Source: Candidatus Fraserbacteria bacterium
Lineage (GTDB): Bacteria > Bipolaricaulota > Bipolaricaulia > RBG-16-55-9
Direction: 5' to 3'
Length of the DNA stretch: 45,607 nt
NCBI GenBank assembly: GCA_037442925.1
Contig: JBBIPG010000012.1
Coordinates: 1 to 45,607 of the forward strand
A model generated the notes under the pieces. It saw only the letters and a program-made list of their open reading frames with translations. It was not told the origin of the DNA and did not search any database. Position numbers and translations under genes: made by a program. Shown here in pieces: positions 26,758 to 35,756 of the stretch (positions are counted from its first letter, which is position 1; each line of letters opens with the position of its first letter).

Positions 26758-28215
26758 ATGGCCAAGGGAAAGATTTTTCAGAACGAATACAAGCATTTCA
26801 TCGGCGGCAAGTGGGTGGAGGGCGCTTCGGGTAAGTCGATCGCCATCGAAAACCCGGCCACAACGGAGATCCTTGCCCATGTGCCCGCCGGAAACGCCCG
26901 TGACATCGATCGCGCCGTACAAGCCGCCTGGAAAGGTTTTTCGGCTTGGCGCAAGACCAGTCCCGCCGAGCGCGGCCGGATCTTGATGGAGATCGGGCAT
27001 CGACTTGAGAAGCGAGCTGAGGATTTCGCGGTGATGATTTCACTGGAAAACGGCAAAGTGATCAACGAGTCGCTCACATCGGAAGTCCCACTCTCGTATG
27101 ACCATTTCTACTATTTCGGCGGAGTCTGCCGCGCACTACAGGGTGAATCGATCCCCTTGGGTGATGGCGTGATTGATTTTACGCTGCGCGAGCCATGGGG
27201 TGTGGTCGGCCAGATCGTCCCATGGAATTATCCGCTCTTGATGCCCGCATGGAAACTGGCTCCGGCTCTGGCTGCAGGCAATTGTGTCGTCATGAAGCCT
27301 GCCGAGCAAGCCCCATTGACCATGCTGGAATTTGCTAAAGAGATGGAAGATCTTCTGCCACCCGGCGTGCTCAACATCGTCACCGGCGACGGTCCGAACG
27401 CGGGTGCGGCTCTCGTCCAGCATTCCGGAGTTCGTAAGCTGGCGTTCACTGGAGGCGTTGATACCGGCAGACTCATTGTGAGAAACAGTGCGGAGAATCT
27501 CACTCCGGTATCGCTAGAGTTGGGCGGCAAGAGCCCCTTGATCATCTTCCCTGATGTCGATTTAGCCAAAGCGGTAGAGTCCGCGCGCTTTGGGATCTTC
27601 TTCAATCAAGGTCAAGAGTGCACCGCTGCTTCGCGGCTCTTCGTCCATGAGAAGATCCATGACAACTTCATCGCAGACTTGATAAAGCAGACGAAAGCGC
27701 TTCGCCTGGGAGATCCGCTGGATAAGAAAAGCGAGATGGGACCGCTCATCACTTCGGAGGCATTGGAGCGAGTGATGAACTACATCGAAAGTGGGAAGAA
27801 GCAGGGTGCAACGCTGGTCTGTGGTGGCCGCCGACCCGAAAGGCTACGCAAGGGGTATTTCATCGAGCCCACAGTCTTCACGCACGTCAAGCACAAGATG
27901 AAGATCTCACAAGAAGAGATCTTCGGGCCGGTGCTCTCCGTCATTCCCTGGAAAAACTACGATCAGCTCATTGCCGAAGCGAACGGGGTCAGGTATGGCC
28001 TAGGAGCAGGCCTCTGGACGAAAGATATTGATCTTGCGCTCACGACGGCCCAAAGACTCGAAGCTGGCATGGTTTGGATCAATACCTATGGCGACTGTCC
28101 GGCGGGCATGCCCTTCGGCGGCTACAAACAGAGTGGCCAGGGTCGCGAAGTGGCTCTTCAGACGCTCTACGCCTACACTCAGACGAAGAACATTTATATT
28201 CGCCTGTGGGAGTGA
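26758..28215 (+). CDS. NAD(P)-dependent aldehyde dehydrogenase
   Basis: ALDH glutamate and cysteine active-site motifs (LELGGKSP; FFNQGQECTAASR). SD GGAGGGGGAG. Confidence 0.9.
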   Translation: MAKGKIFQNEYKHFIGGKWVEGASGKSIAIENPATTEILAHVPAGNARDIDRAVQAAWKGFSAWRKTSPAERGRILMEIGHRLEKRAEDFAVMISLENGKVINESLTSEVPLSYDHFYYFGGVCRALQGESIPLGDGVIDFTLREPWGVVGQIVPWNYPLLMPAWKLAPALAAGNCVVMKPAEQAPLTMLEFAKEMEDLLPPGVLNIVTGDGPNAGAALVQHSGVRKLAFTGGVDTGRLIVRNSAENLTPVSLELGGKSPLIIFPDVDLAKAVESARFGIFFNQGQECTAASRLFVHEKIHDNFIADLIKQTKALRLGDPLDKKSEMGPLITSEALERVMNYIESGKKQGATLVCGGRRPERLRKGYFIEPTVFTHVKHKMKISQEEIFGPVLSVIPWKNYDQLIAEANGVRYGLGAGLWTKDIDLALTTAQRLEAGMVWINTYGDCPAGMPFGGYKQSGQGREVALQTLYAYTQTKNIYIRLWE

Positions 28216-28233
28216 GAGCGTAAAGGAGATGCG

Positions 28234-29679
28234 ATGAAGGTTCAAGACAAGCTGCTCATCGCCGGAGAGTGGCGTGCGACAAAGAAGAAGCTCCCAGTGA
28301 TCAATCCCTACGATGGCTGCGTGATTGCGGAAGTAGCAGAAGCTGGCACTCACGAGACCGAGCAGGCCATTGCCGCAGCAGAGGCAGCGTGCTTAGAAAT
28401 GAGAAGACTGCCTGCCCACAAGCGGGCAGAGATTCTCTACGAGACGGCAGAGCAGATCGATGCTCAAAAAGAAGCGTTTGCAGAGCTGATTGCTCTCGAG
28501 GCAGGCAAGCCCTGGAAATACGCCCTCGCAGAAGCCGGTCGTGCCGTGCAGACGTTTCGCTTTGCAGCGGAGGAAGCCAAGAGATCGCATGGTGAGACGA
28601 TTCCAATGGATGCGGCTGTGGGTGCAGAAGGTCGCACCGGCTTTTTTATTCGTCAGCCGCTGGGCGTGATCGCGGCCATCTCGCCCTTCAATTTCCCGCT
28701 GAATCTCGTGGCCCACAAGCTCGCTCCGGCCCTAGCTGCCGGCAATACCGTTGTGCTCAAGCCTGCCTCGAAAACTCCGCTGACGGCACTCAAACTGGGA
28801 GAAGTCCTCTTGGGATCGGGCCTGCCTCCCCAAGCTCTCAACATCGTGATCGGGCCGGGCGCTACCGTGGGTGAACTCATCATCAAAGATTCACGAGTAA
28901 GAATGATCACGTTCACTGGCAGCGCCGCTGTGGGTCTCCACATCAAAGCGAACTGTGGCTCGAAGAAAGTGCTCCTCGAGATGGGGTCCAACTCGGGAAT
29001 CATCGTCGACGGGAACTGTGATCTATCCAGAGCCGTCCAGCAAAGTCTTGTGGGAGGCTTTGCGTATCAGGGGCAAGTGTGCATCCACGCCCAACGCATC
29101 TACGTGCATGAGCGCGTCTATGCCGAGTTTGTGAAAGGTTTTCTAGAGGGAGTCAAGCGGTTGAAGGCAGGTAATCCCTTAGAGAAAGACTGTGACATCG
29201 GACCGATGATCGATGAAGTGGCTGCACGGCAGGCGGAATCGTGGGTGCATGAAGCCATCCAGCAGGGAGCCGAAGTACTCATAGGGGGAAAGCGGCGTAA
29301 GAGCTTCTTGGAACCAACAGTTCTGACGCAGGTCAAGACTACCATGAGAGCAGTTTGCGAGGAGATCTTCGCTCCCGTAGTCGCTCTCGACACCTTTACC
29401 AACATCAGCGAAGGGATTAGAAAATTCAACGAAGGTTCGCGCGCGGGCACTCATCGCTATGGTCTATCGGGCGGGGTCTTCACGAATTCTCTCTCACACG
29501 CCTTCCAGGCCATTGAAGAGCTCGAAGTCGGCAATGTGCTCATCAACGATCCCTCGACGTTCCGCGTCGATCAGATGCCCTATGGCGGCATCGGCGATAG
29601 CGGGCTCGGGCGAGAAGGCCCTCGCTTTGCCATCGAAGAGATGACCGAGATCAAGATGGTCTCGCTCAACCCGAGCTGA
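28234..29679 (+). CDS. NAD(P)-dependent aldehyde dehydrogenase (second paralogue)
   Basis: LEMGSNSG and YQGQVCIHAQR active-site motifs. SD AAGGAGAT. Confidence 0.9.
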   Translation: MKVQDKLLIAGEWRATKKKLPVINPYDGCVIAEVAEAGTHETEQAIAAAEAACLEMRRLPAHKRAEILYETAEQIDAQKEAFAELIALEAGKPWKYALAEAGRAVQTFRFAAEEAKRSHGETIPMDAAVGAEGRTGFFIRQPLGVIAAISPFNFPLNLVAHKLAPALAAGNTVVLKPASKTPLTALKLGEVLLGSGLPPQALNIVIGPGATVGELIIKDSRVRMITFTGSAAVGLHIKANCGSKKVLLEMGSNSGIIVDGNCDLSRAVQQSLVGGFAYQGQVCIHAQRIYVHERVYAEFVKGFLEGVKRLKAGNPLEKDCDIGPMIDEVAARQAESWVHEAIQQGAEVLIGGKRRKSFLEPTVLTQVKTTMRAVCEEIFAPVVALDTFTNISEGIRKFNEGSRAGTHRYGLSGGVFTNSLSHAFQAIEELEVGNVLINDPSTFRVDQMPYGGIGDSGLGREGPRFAIEEMTEIKMVSLNPS

Positions 29680-30120
29680 CGCCTTGCTGGAGCTTTGTTT
29701 AGCAGCCCACGCTGCTGGAGGCGTTTCAAATCCTTCTTCTATCGGAAACCGGTCAGCTTGTATTAGAATCCCCATCACGATGGTCGAGGCGGCCGGTGCC
29801 AAGTTGGGTGCTGTTCTTACGATCAACACGACTTCGTACAGCCCTCCCGTGTACGATCGGCAGATCATGTACACAGCGAATGCTGAGGCGAGGAGCGTCC
29901 CTATCGAAGCCGGAGAATTGCAGCTCACGGTGACCGTGCAGGTGGTCTACCCCATTGGGTAGTGGCTATTAGGGAAAGAGTCGAGGGAGTCCACCTTCAT
30001 ATCAGCTTGCCCGTGATTCGATTTCTGTTGCACGAACTTCCCCCCAACGGCGGTCAATGGTCATGCCGTCACAGTGAGACCAGGTCGTAGACTCAAGGTA
30101 CGGTGGGGGGGGGTGAGACA

Positions 30121-30522
30121 ATGCTGAGGGGAAAGTGGCTCTTGCTCGGAGTAATAATGGCTTTGGCTATTTCGGTGAGCGGTTGCACCATACCCGGTCA
30201 GCCCAAACCTAGTCTCTCTTTGACGGTTCAGATTCTCACGGGGCAATGGGTAGAATGGTCCAGGAATCTTGGGCCCACCGGAATCGTCTACGAATTCCAT
30301 GAGGATGGCACGATGAAGCTCTCCGACTTCGTTCTAGAGGAGGAACTACTCATCGGGAAGTACGAAATTATGGAAGCTAACATGCTCCGACTTGAATGGA
30401 TTGAGCCGTCCTTCCATATAGTTTTTGGCGAAACCATATGGCAAGCTGTTTCTGTCTCGGTGAAGGAGCTGACCTTCCAGCCCCCTTATCCGGGGAGAAT
30501 CACGCTCAAAAGAATCATGTAA
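30121..30522 (+). CDS. hypothetical lipoprotein
   Basis: MLRGKWLLLGVIMALAISVSGC signal plus lipobox. The ATG at 30121 is preceded by a G9 tract (30105-30113) that serves as SD. The ORF-track start at 30103 is a GTG inside the G tract. Confidence 0.55.
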   Translation: MLRGKWLLLGVIMALAISVSGCTIPGQPKPSLSLTVQILTGQWVEWSRNLGPTGIVYEFHEDGTMKLSDFVLEEELLIGKYEIMEANMLRLEWIEPSFHIVFGETIWQAVSVSVKELTFQPPYPGRITLKRIM

Positions 30523-30545
30523 AGCAACCCACCACGGTCTACCGC

Positions 30546-30570
30546 GTGAAACTTTTGAAACTTTCGGAAC
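30546..30570 (+). promoter_or_regulatory. three GAAAC direct repeats at roughly 9-10 bp spacing; candidate response-regulator or activator site
   Basis: The sequence is gtGAAACttttGAAACtttcgGAAC, about 60-85 nt upstream of the ATG at 30630. Helical-phase direct repeats are typical of OmpR/PhoB-type binding sites. Confidence 0.3.
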
Positions 30571-30629
30571 CTCACCCCCACCTCAGGTGTAGCTGGGACG
30601 ACTAACTGAAATCCAGGGGGTGACAGACG

Positions 30630-30929
30630 ATGAAGATCATCTTCGTAGCGTTCCAAGGCCTCAAAGACCACAACCGTGTGGAGCTCTGTCTGACAGCCGT
30701 TCCTCCGGAACTGACCGTCTCGGAGTTCAAGTCGCAGTGGGCAGAGGACTCGGAGACCGTCGTCTACGCACCCACCCGCACTTTCCCGCTCCTTGACAGC
30801 GCGAGGCTTCACGATCACGTTCAGGACTGGGACACCGTGACCGTGGCCTCCTGCTGGATCAACACTCCGTCGTCCAATGATCTCGCTAAAGGCCTCGTGC
30901 GCCAGGGATTGGACCTTCTTCATCGATAG
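30630..30929 (+). CDS. hypothetical small protein (99 aa)
   Basis: Good SD (AGGGGGTGA, 7-nt spacer). No family recognised. Confidence 0.45.
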   Translation: MKIIFVAFQGLKDHNRVELCLTAVPPELTVSEFKSQWAEDSETVVYAPTRTFPLLDSARLHDHVQDWDTVTVASCWINTPSSNDLAKGLVRQGLDLLHR

Positions 30930-30946
30930 ATGATCGATCAATTCCT

Positions 30947-32020
30947 CTATCGGATCTGGATGCGCCCGTTGGTGGTGTTCGCTTGGATGGTGATCTTCGT
31001 CGCGGCTCTCGTGAAATTACTCGTCGTGCCTTCCACACGACGATGGTCTTGTTCGCTGAAGGTGAACTCAGGCAACCGAACATCCACGCTTCCAAAGAGG
31101 CTTTTCGCTGTGACGGAGTAGCCAGTATTGCTCATTGGATCTGGAGGAACACGCAACGAAATATGACCGTTCAGTGCGCTCAGGCGATACTTGCCATCCA
31201 GAGAGCCTAGGTCCAGCTCAATCTCTCCGTTGGCCGTCGAAATCTGGGCCTCGCTAGCCATGAGCGTACCAGAGATTCGCCCGTTCAGTGTGTCCAAGAT
31301 CGCGCTTTGCTTTGCCATAAGGCCCGTCACTGTGATCCGTCCATTGAGGATCTTGAGGAGTGCTCTGTCTGTAATGACCGGAGTCGAGATATCCAAGCTG
31401 CCGTTGAGCGTCTCCATGCGTAGCTCAGCGTAGCGGCTCTCCGGCAAGAAGACGTCTACATCTGCCTCGACACGACTGAATCCCAATGGCGCGCGTGACA
31501 CGATGAAGACGATGCCTGTGGCCGAGAGCTGTGGTTGCAGGTCTGTTTGTTCGAGTGCTTTTTCTGCATCGTTTTGACTCCAACCGCGGGCACGAGCTCG
31601 TACAACGATCTGGTACGTGTTTCGATCCCAAACTTGCACGTTCGCGTCGCCGTTGGTCAGTTGTAATGTGATCGAAGGCTCTGTAGCGTCAGTCGCGAAT
31701 GACCCATCGAAGGAAAGCGTCTTTTCCGCACGAACGGGTCCAGCCCAGTTGGCCCAGTCTACCGCGCCCGATCCGGAGATGATAAGGCCCAGCATGGCCG
31801 CTCCCACGACGAGTGCGATGAGGTGAACGATCTCGTCTACTAACAGTGATCGCGACCAGAAGGCCACTGCGAAGCACAGCAGTAGAGCAAGCCCACCGGC
31901 GATGACAAAGTCAGCTCGTTGCAGTGGCGTGAAGGCGCTCCAATTCACGTATTGGATCGAGAGCCAGAGAATGCCCACGAAGATCAAGAATCCACCAAAC
32001 CGAACGGTACAAGATCTCAC
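30947..32020 (-). CDS. DUF4097 (putative adhesin / YvlB, LiaF-like) domain membrane protein
   Basis: Two or three N-terminal TM helices, then reiterated beta-strand motifs (TLNGSLDIS, ILNGRITVTG, TLNGRISGT, TANGEIELD, ALNGHISLR, TTNGRIQIR) characteristic of DUF4097. ATGA-type overlap with the upstream membrane ORF. Confidence 0.75.
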   Translation of the reverse strand: MRSCTVRFGGFLIFVGILWLSIQYVNWSAFTPLQRADFVIAGGLALLLCFAVAFWSRSLLVDEIVHLIALVVGAAMLGLIISGSGAVDWANWAGPVRAEKTLSFDGSFATDATEPSITLQLTNGDANVQVWDRNTYQIVVRARARGWSQNDAEKALEQTDLQPQLSATGIVFIVSRAPLGFSRVEADVDVFLPESRYAELRMETLNGSLDISTPVITDRALLKILNGRITVTGLMAKQSAILDTLNGRISGTLMASEAQISTANGEIELDLGSLDGKYRLSALNGHISLRVPPDPMSNTGYSVTAKSLFGSVDVRLPEFTFSEQDHRRVEGTTSNFTRAATKITIQANTTNGRIQIR

Positions 32021-32250
32021 GCAGTGCCACCCCCTGAGGGAGGCTGTGGCGCTTCGGGACGCCGGGGGCGCCTGCGGAAGAACCCTGAGATCATCAGTGC
32101 GAGTCCAAAGATGATGAGTAGAGCCGGCAACAACAACTGCGAGGAGAGCTCAAACCAGCCCATAAGTGAGAGGCGCCAGAGCACACCTAGCAAGAGGAAG
32201 ACAAGACCCCAGAAGAAGTATCGGCGTGGGTTGTGGATCTTCTCAACCAT
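32017..32250 (-). CDS. small membrane protein (about 77 aa, two TM) in an operon with the DUF4097 gene
   Basis: An ATG at 32250 gives MVEKIHNPRRYFFWGLVFLLLGVLWRL... with a Pro/Arg-rich tail. It is translationally coupled downstream to the DUF4097 gene. The ORF-track start at 32319 is the alternative. Confidence 0.5.
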   Translation of the reverse strand: MVEKIHNPRRYFFWGLVFLLLGVLWRLSLMGWFELSSQLLLPALLIIFGLALMISGFFRRRPRRPEAPQPPSGGGTA

Positions 32251-32359
32251 CGAACACCATGGCGATCGCATAGCCCGGTTGGGTGGCGTACTTTGCGATG
32301 AGATCGCCCAGTTCAGCAAGGAATTGAAGTACCGAGTTCCATCCGTTGTTGCGGCTCAT
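32243..32359 (-). CDS. candidate 38-aa leader ORF of the DUF4097 operon
   Basis: The ATG at 32359 is preceded by AAAGGGGGGGGAGG (a G8 tract). It reads MSRNNGWNSVLQFLAELGDLIAKYATQPGYAIAMVFDG. Its stop overlaps the start of the next ORF. Confidence 0.3.
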   Translation of the reverse strand: MSRNNGWNSVLQFLAELGDLIAKYATQPGYAIAMVFDG

Positions 32360-32504
32360 CCTCCCCCCCCTTTATGGACATTGCTCCGTTCTGAGACGAT
32401 TATAGATGTGCACTGGCCCCAGAGGCCAATTCTAGTAGGGTGGGGGTGATTGGGCTGATGCTCATACCCGTGCTCTGTTGACAATAGAGGCAGCATGAGC
32501 TACA

Positions 32505-35498
32505 TTGCGGGCGATGGCACATCGGATCGAGGTGGCCTTCAAACCAGAGCATACTGACGCGCCAGGACGTTCCATTCAAGTGAGAATCCTCGCGGATCTG
32601 GGCATCCAGACTTCAGAGGTTCGAACCGTCGAGGTCTACACTCTCGATGGGACTCTCACTCACCATGAGTTGGATCTTCTGGGAAGGGAACTCTTCTCTG
32701 ATCCTGTCATTCAGCGTTACTCTGTAGACGTGCCGTTGGCTCGCGATCTCGCTTGGGATTGGCTCATCGAAGTGGGGTACAAGCCCGGCGTCACGGATAG
32801 CGTTGGCCAGACGGCGCAGCAGGCCATTCGAGATCTGCTGCAAAAAGAGATCAATGCCTTCAGCTCGCGACAGTACCTCATTCAGGGAAAGCTCACTGCC
32901 AGGCAAGCTCATCAGATCGCCACAGATCTTTTGGCCAACGACCTCATTGAACGCTATTCGATCTACGAACGCGCTTGGTGGGATGGAGTGATTCCCGTGG
33001 TGATTCCGGCTGTGCATCTCGACCATCAGCCTCGTGTCCGGGTGATCAACCTCGATGTCTCTGACGAAGAGCTTCTCAAGATCAGTAGAGAGAGACTACT
33101 GGCTCTCAACGTAGAAGAGATGTGCGCGATCCGGGAGTACTATCAAACGCATCACGCCGAGCGAGCGCGCTTGGAGCTTCCTGCTCAGCCCACCGATGTT
33201 GAGTTAGAGGCTCTGGCACAAAACTGGAGTGAGCACTGCAAACATAAGATCTTCAAGGGCCGGATCGAATATCACGACGAAGAGACAGGCCAGACGGAGA
33301 TCATCGACTCGGTCTTTCAGACGTTCATTCAGGGTGCCACGCGTGAGATTTCGAAAGAGAAAAGAGATTGGCTCGTGTCGGTCTTTGAGGACAATGCGGG
33401 CGTCATTCGCCTAGACGACGAGTATAATCTAGTGTTCAAGGTCGAGACGCACAACTCCCCTTCGGCGTTAGACCCCTACGGCGGAGCACTCACTGGGATT
33501 GTCGGCGTCAATCGAGATCCTTTGGGGACGGGGATGGGCTGTCGGTTGCTCTTCAATACCGATGTGTTCTGCTTTGCTGATCCCCACTATGCAAAGCCCC
33601 TTCCCAAAGGCTTAAAGCATCCCAAGCGCGTGCTGGAAGGAGTGCGCCGGGGCGTGGAGCACGGCGGCAACAAGTCCGGCATCCCAACTGTGAATGGGAC
33701 GATTCGCTTTGACGAGCGCTACTTGGGCAAACCGCTCGTCTATTGCGGGACAGGCGGCATCACGCCATCTCGCGTGAACTCGCAGCCCTCGCATCAGAAA
33801 GTCATTGAGGCAGGCGATTTGATCGTGATGGTCGGCGGGCGCATCGGCGCAGACGGCATCCACGGCGCGACGTTCTCCTCGGAAGCATTGACAGAAACAA
33901 GCCCGACCTCTGCGGTTCAAATTGGAAACCCCTTCACGCAGAAAGCCATGGCCGACATGCTCTTGGAAGCCCGCGATGTAGGGCTATATAAAGCGACTCA
34001 CGACAACGGGGCGGGTGGGCTTTCTTGTTCTGTGGCGGAGTTGGCGGGTCGGGTGGGCGGAGCTGAGATACACTTAGAGAAAGCGCCGTTGAAGTATTCG
34101 GGGCTCGATCCGTGGGAGATCCTGCTTAGTGAATCTCAAGAGAGGATGACATTGGCCGTCGCGCCCGGACGAATTGACGAGTTTCTAGAGCTGGCGAAGC
34201 GACGCGAGGTTGAGGCGACAGTGATCGGGCGATTCACAAATACGGGGAAATTTCACGTGCTCTATGAGGGCCGCACCGTGGCCTATCTTGATGTAGGCTT
34301 TGTGCTCGACGGTCACCCGCAAAAGAAGATGAAAGCCACTTGGAAGCGACCTCGATATGAAGAGCCAACGTTTCCTCCCCCCAAGGATTTGGGTGAGACG
34401 CTTCACAAGCTGCTGGGGCGACTCAACATCTGTAGTAAGGAGTACGTGATCCGCCAATACGATCACGAAGTCCAGGGGAGCGCCATCATCAAGCCGCTGG
34501 TGGGTGCTACGAACGATGGCCCAGGTGATGCCGCCGTTCTCTGGCCGGTGGAGATGATGCGCAAGAACTCAAAGCGCGGTATCGTCGTCGCCAGTGGGAT
34601 CAACCCGAATTACGGCGACATAGATACATATCACATGGGTGCGCTGGCTCTTGATGAAGCCATACGAAATGCCGTGGCCGTGGGAGCCGATCCCGAGAGG
34701 ATTGCCGTGCTGGACAACTTCTGTTGGTCCAGCTCCGATGACGAGTTCCGCTTGGCTCAACTCGTTCGCGCCTGTAAGGCCCTTTGTGAGTATGCCGTTG
34801 CGTTCGGCACGCCCTTCATCTCCGGTAAGGACAGCATGTACAACGACTTCCAGGGGGAACTCGATGGAAAGCGTGTCAAGATCTCTGTCCCTCCGACCAT
34901 TCTGATCTCGGCTCTCGGTATCATTGAAGATATCGGGAAGGCCGTCACGATGGACGCCAAAGAACCGGGCAATCGGATTTATCTACTGGGAGAGACTCGC
35001 AACGAGCTGGGTGGCTCCGAGTATTTTTCGCTCATGGGCGAAGAGCTGCGCAGCGAGCGATTCGTTGGGAATGGTGTTCCTAAAGTCGATGCTTCCAGTG
35101 CGAAGAAGCTGTATCTTGCTCTGTATCGAGCGATAGAAGAAGGGCTTATTCGTGCTTGTCACGACTGCTCAGAAGGTGGCTTGGCCGTGGCCGCTGCTGA
35201 GATGGCCTTCGCTGGGGGCTTGGGCATGGAGCTGGATCTTCGCAAAATCCCAGGGGCATCGCGGTTTGGCCGAGATGATTTCTTGCTCTTCTCAGAGTCG
35301 CCCTCGCGACTTCTGGTGGAAGTGAGACCGGAGCATCAGAAGCGCTTTGAAGCTCTCTTGAAAGGGTGCGTCTGGAGCTGGGTCGGCTCGACGCTGAAGA
35401 CGGGAGAATTTTCTGTGACAGGTGTGCAGGGTAAGCGGATCATCGAGGAGAATATAGAAAATCTCAAGACAACTTGGAAGCGAACGTTGGATTGGTAA
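32505..35498 (+). CDS. purL: phosphoribosylformylglycinamidine synthase, fused PurS-PurS-PurL
   Basis: Residues 1-85 and 95-175 each look PurS-like (VAFKPEHTDAPG...DPVIQRYSV; VGYKPGVTDSVGQ...NDLIERYSI). The remainder is small-type PurL (WSEHCKHK..., tandem AIRS-like domains). 997 aa against about 740 for plain smPurL. Confidence 0.85.
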   Translation: MRAMAHRIEVAFKPEHTDAPGRSIQVRILADLGIQTSEVRTVEVYTLDGTLTHHELDLLGRELFSDPVIQRYSVDVPLARDLAWDWLIEVGYKPGVTDSVGQTAQQAIRDLLQKEINAFSSRQYLIQGKLTARQAHQIATDLLANDLIERYSIYERAWWDGVIPVVIPAVHLDHQPRVRVINLDVSDEELLKISRERLLALNVEEMCAIREYYQTHHAERARLELPAQPTDVELEALAQNWSEHCKHKIFKGRIEYHDEETGQTEIIDSVFQTFIQGATREISKEKRDWLVSVFEDNAGVIRLDDEYNLVFKVETHNSPSALDPYGGALTGIVGVNRDPLGTGMGCRLLFNTDVFCFADPHYAKPLPKGLKHPKRVLEGVRRGVEHGGNKSGIPTVNGTIRFDERYLGKPLVYCGTGGITPSRVNSQPSHQKVIEAGDLIVMVGGRIGADGIHGATFSSEALTETSPTSAVQIGNPFTQKAMADMLLEARDVGLYKATHDNGAGGLSCSVAELAGRVGGAEIHLEKAPLKYSGLDPWEILLSESQERMTLAVAPGRIDEFLELAKRREVEATVIGRFTNTGKFHVLYEGRTVAYLDVGFVLDGHPQKKMKATWKRPRYEEPTFPPPKDLGETLHKLLGRLNICSKEYVIRQYDHEVQGSAIIKPLVGATNDGPGDAAVLWPVEMMRKNSKRGIVVASGINPNYGDIDTYHMGALALDEAIRNAVAVGADPERIAVLDNFCWSSSDDEFRLAQLVRACKALCEYAVAFGTPFISGKDSMYNDFQGELDGKRVKISVPPTILISALGIIEDIGKAVTMDAKEPGNRIYLLGETRNELGGSEYFSLMGEELRSERFVGNGVPKVDASSAKKLYLALYRAIEEGLIRACHDCSEGGLAVAAAEMAFAGGLGMELDLRKIPGASRFGRDDFLLFSESPSRLLVEVRPEHQKRFEALLKGCVWSWVGSTLKTGEFSVTGVQGKRIIEENIENLKTTWKRTLDW

Positions 35499-35531
35499 CA
35501 CCGAAAGGCAGGAGAATAGGAGGTATAGCCA

Positions 35532-35756
35532 ATGCTTCCGGAAAAACTTTTGGGTCCTGTGAAAGATGAGTTCACTCTTAAAGATGTCGGCTCCACATTG
35601 CTGCATGAATTAGCAAGAGGAGAGAGGCCAGCAATGCTCCCTTTCAATTCAAGGATTTCTACAAGGCTTCCATGCTTGACAATTGCCAAGATAGTGTGTA
35701 TGATTCACAATGGCGACTGGGAGGGCTGCTATAGGCAACCCGTACAGGACGTCTGA
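35532..35756 (+). CDS. hypothetical small protein (74 aa) in a lower-GC patch
   Basis: Canonical SD (AGGAGG, 8-nt spacer). No family recognised. Its stop sits inside a hairpin. Confidence 0.35.
   Translation: MLPEKLLGPVKDEFTLKDVGSTLLHELARGERPAMLPFNSRISTRLPCLTIAKIVCMIHNGDWEGCYRQPVQDV

Noticed and set aside
29684-29962. A 92-aa ORF starting 5 nt after the second ALDH stop
   Set aside because: It has no SD and odd composition, and a hairpin (AGCAGC-ccac-GCTGCT at about 29702-29717) sits at its start. More likely this is 3' UTR with a weak terminator structure. It is kept out of the feature list.
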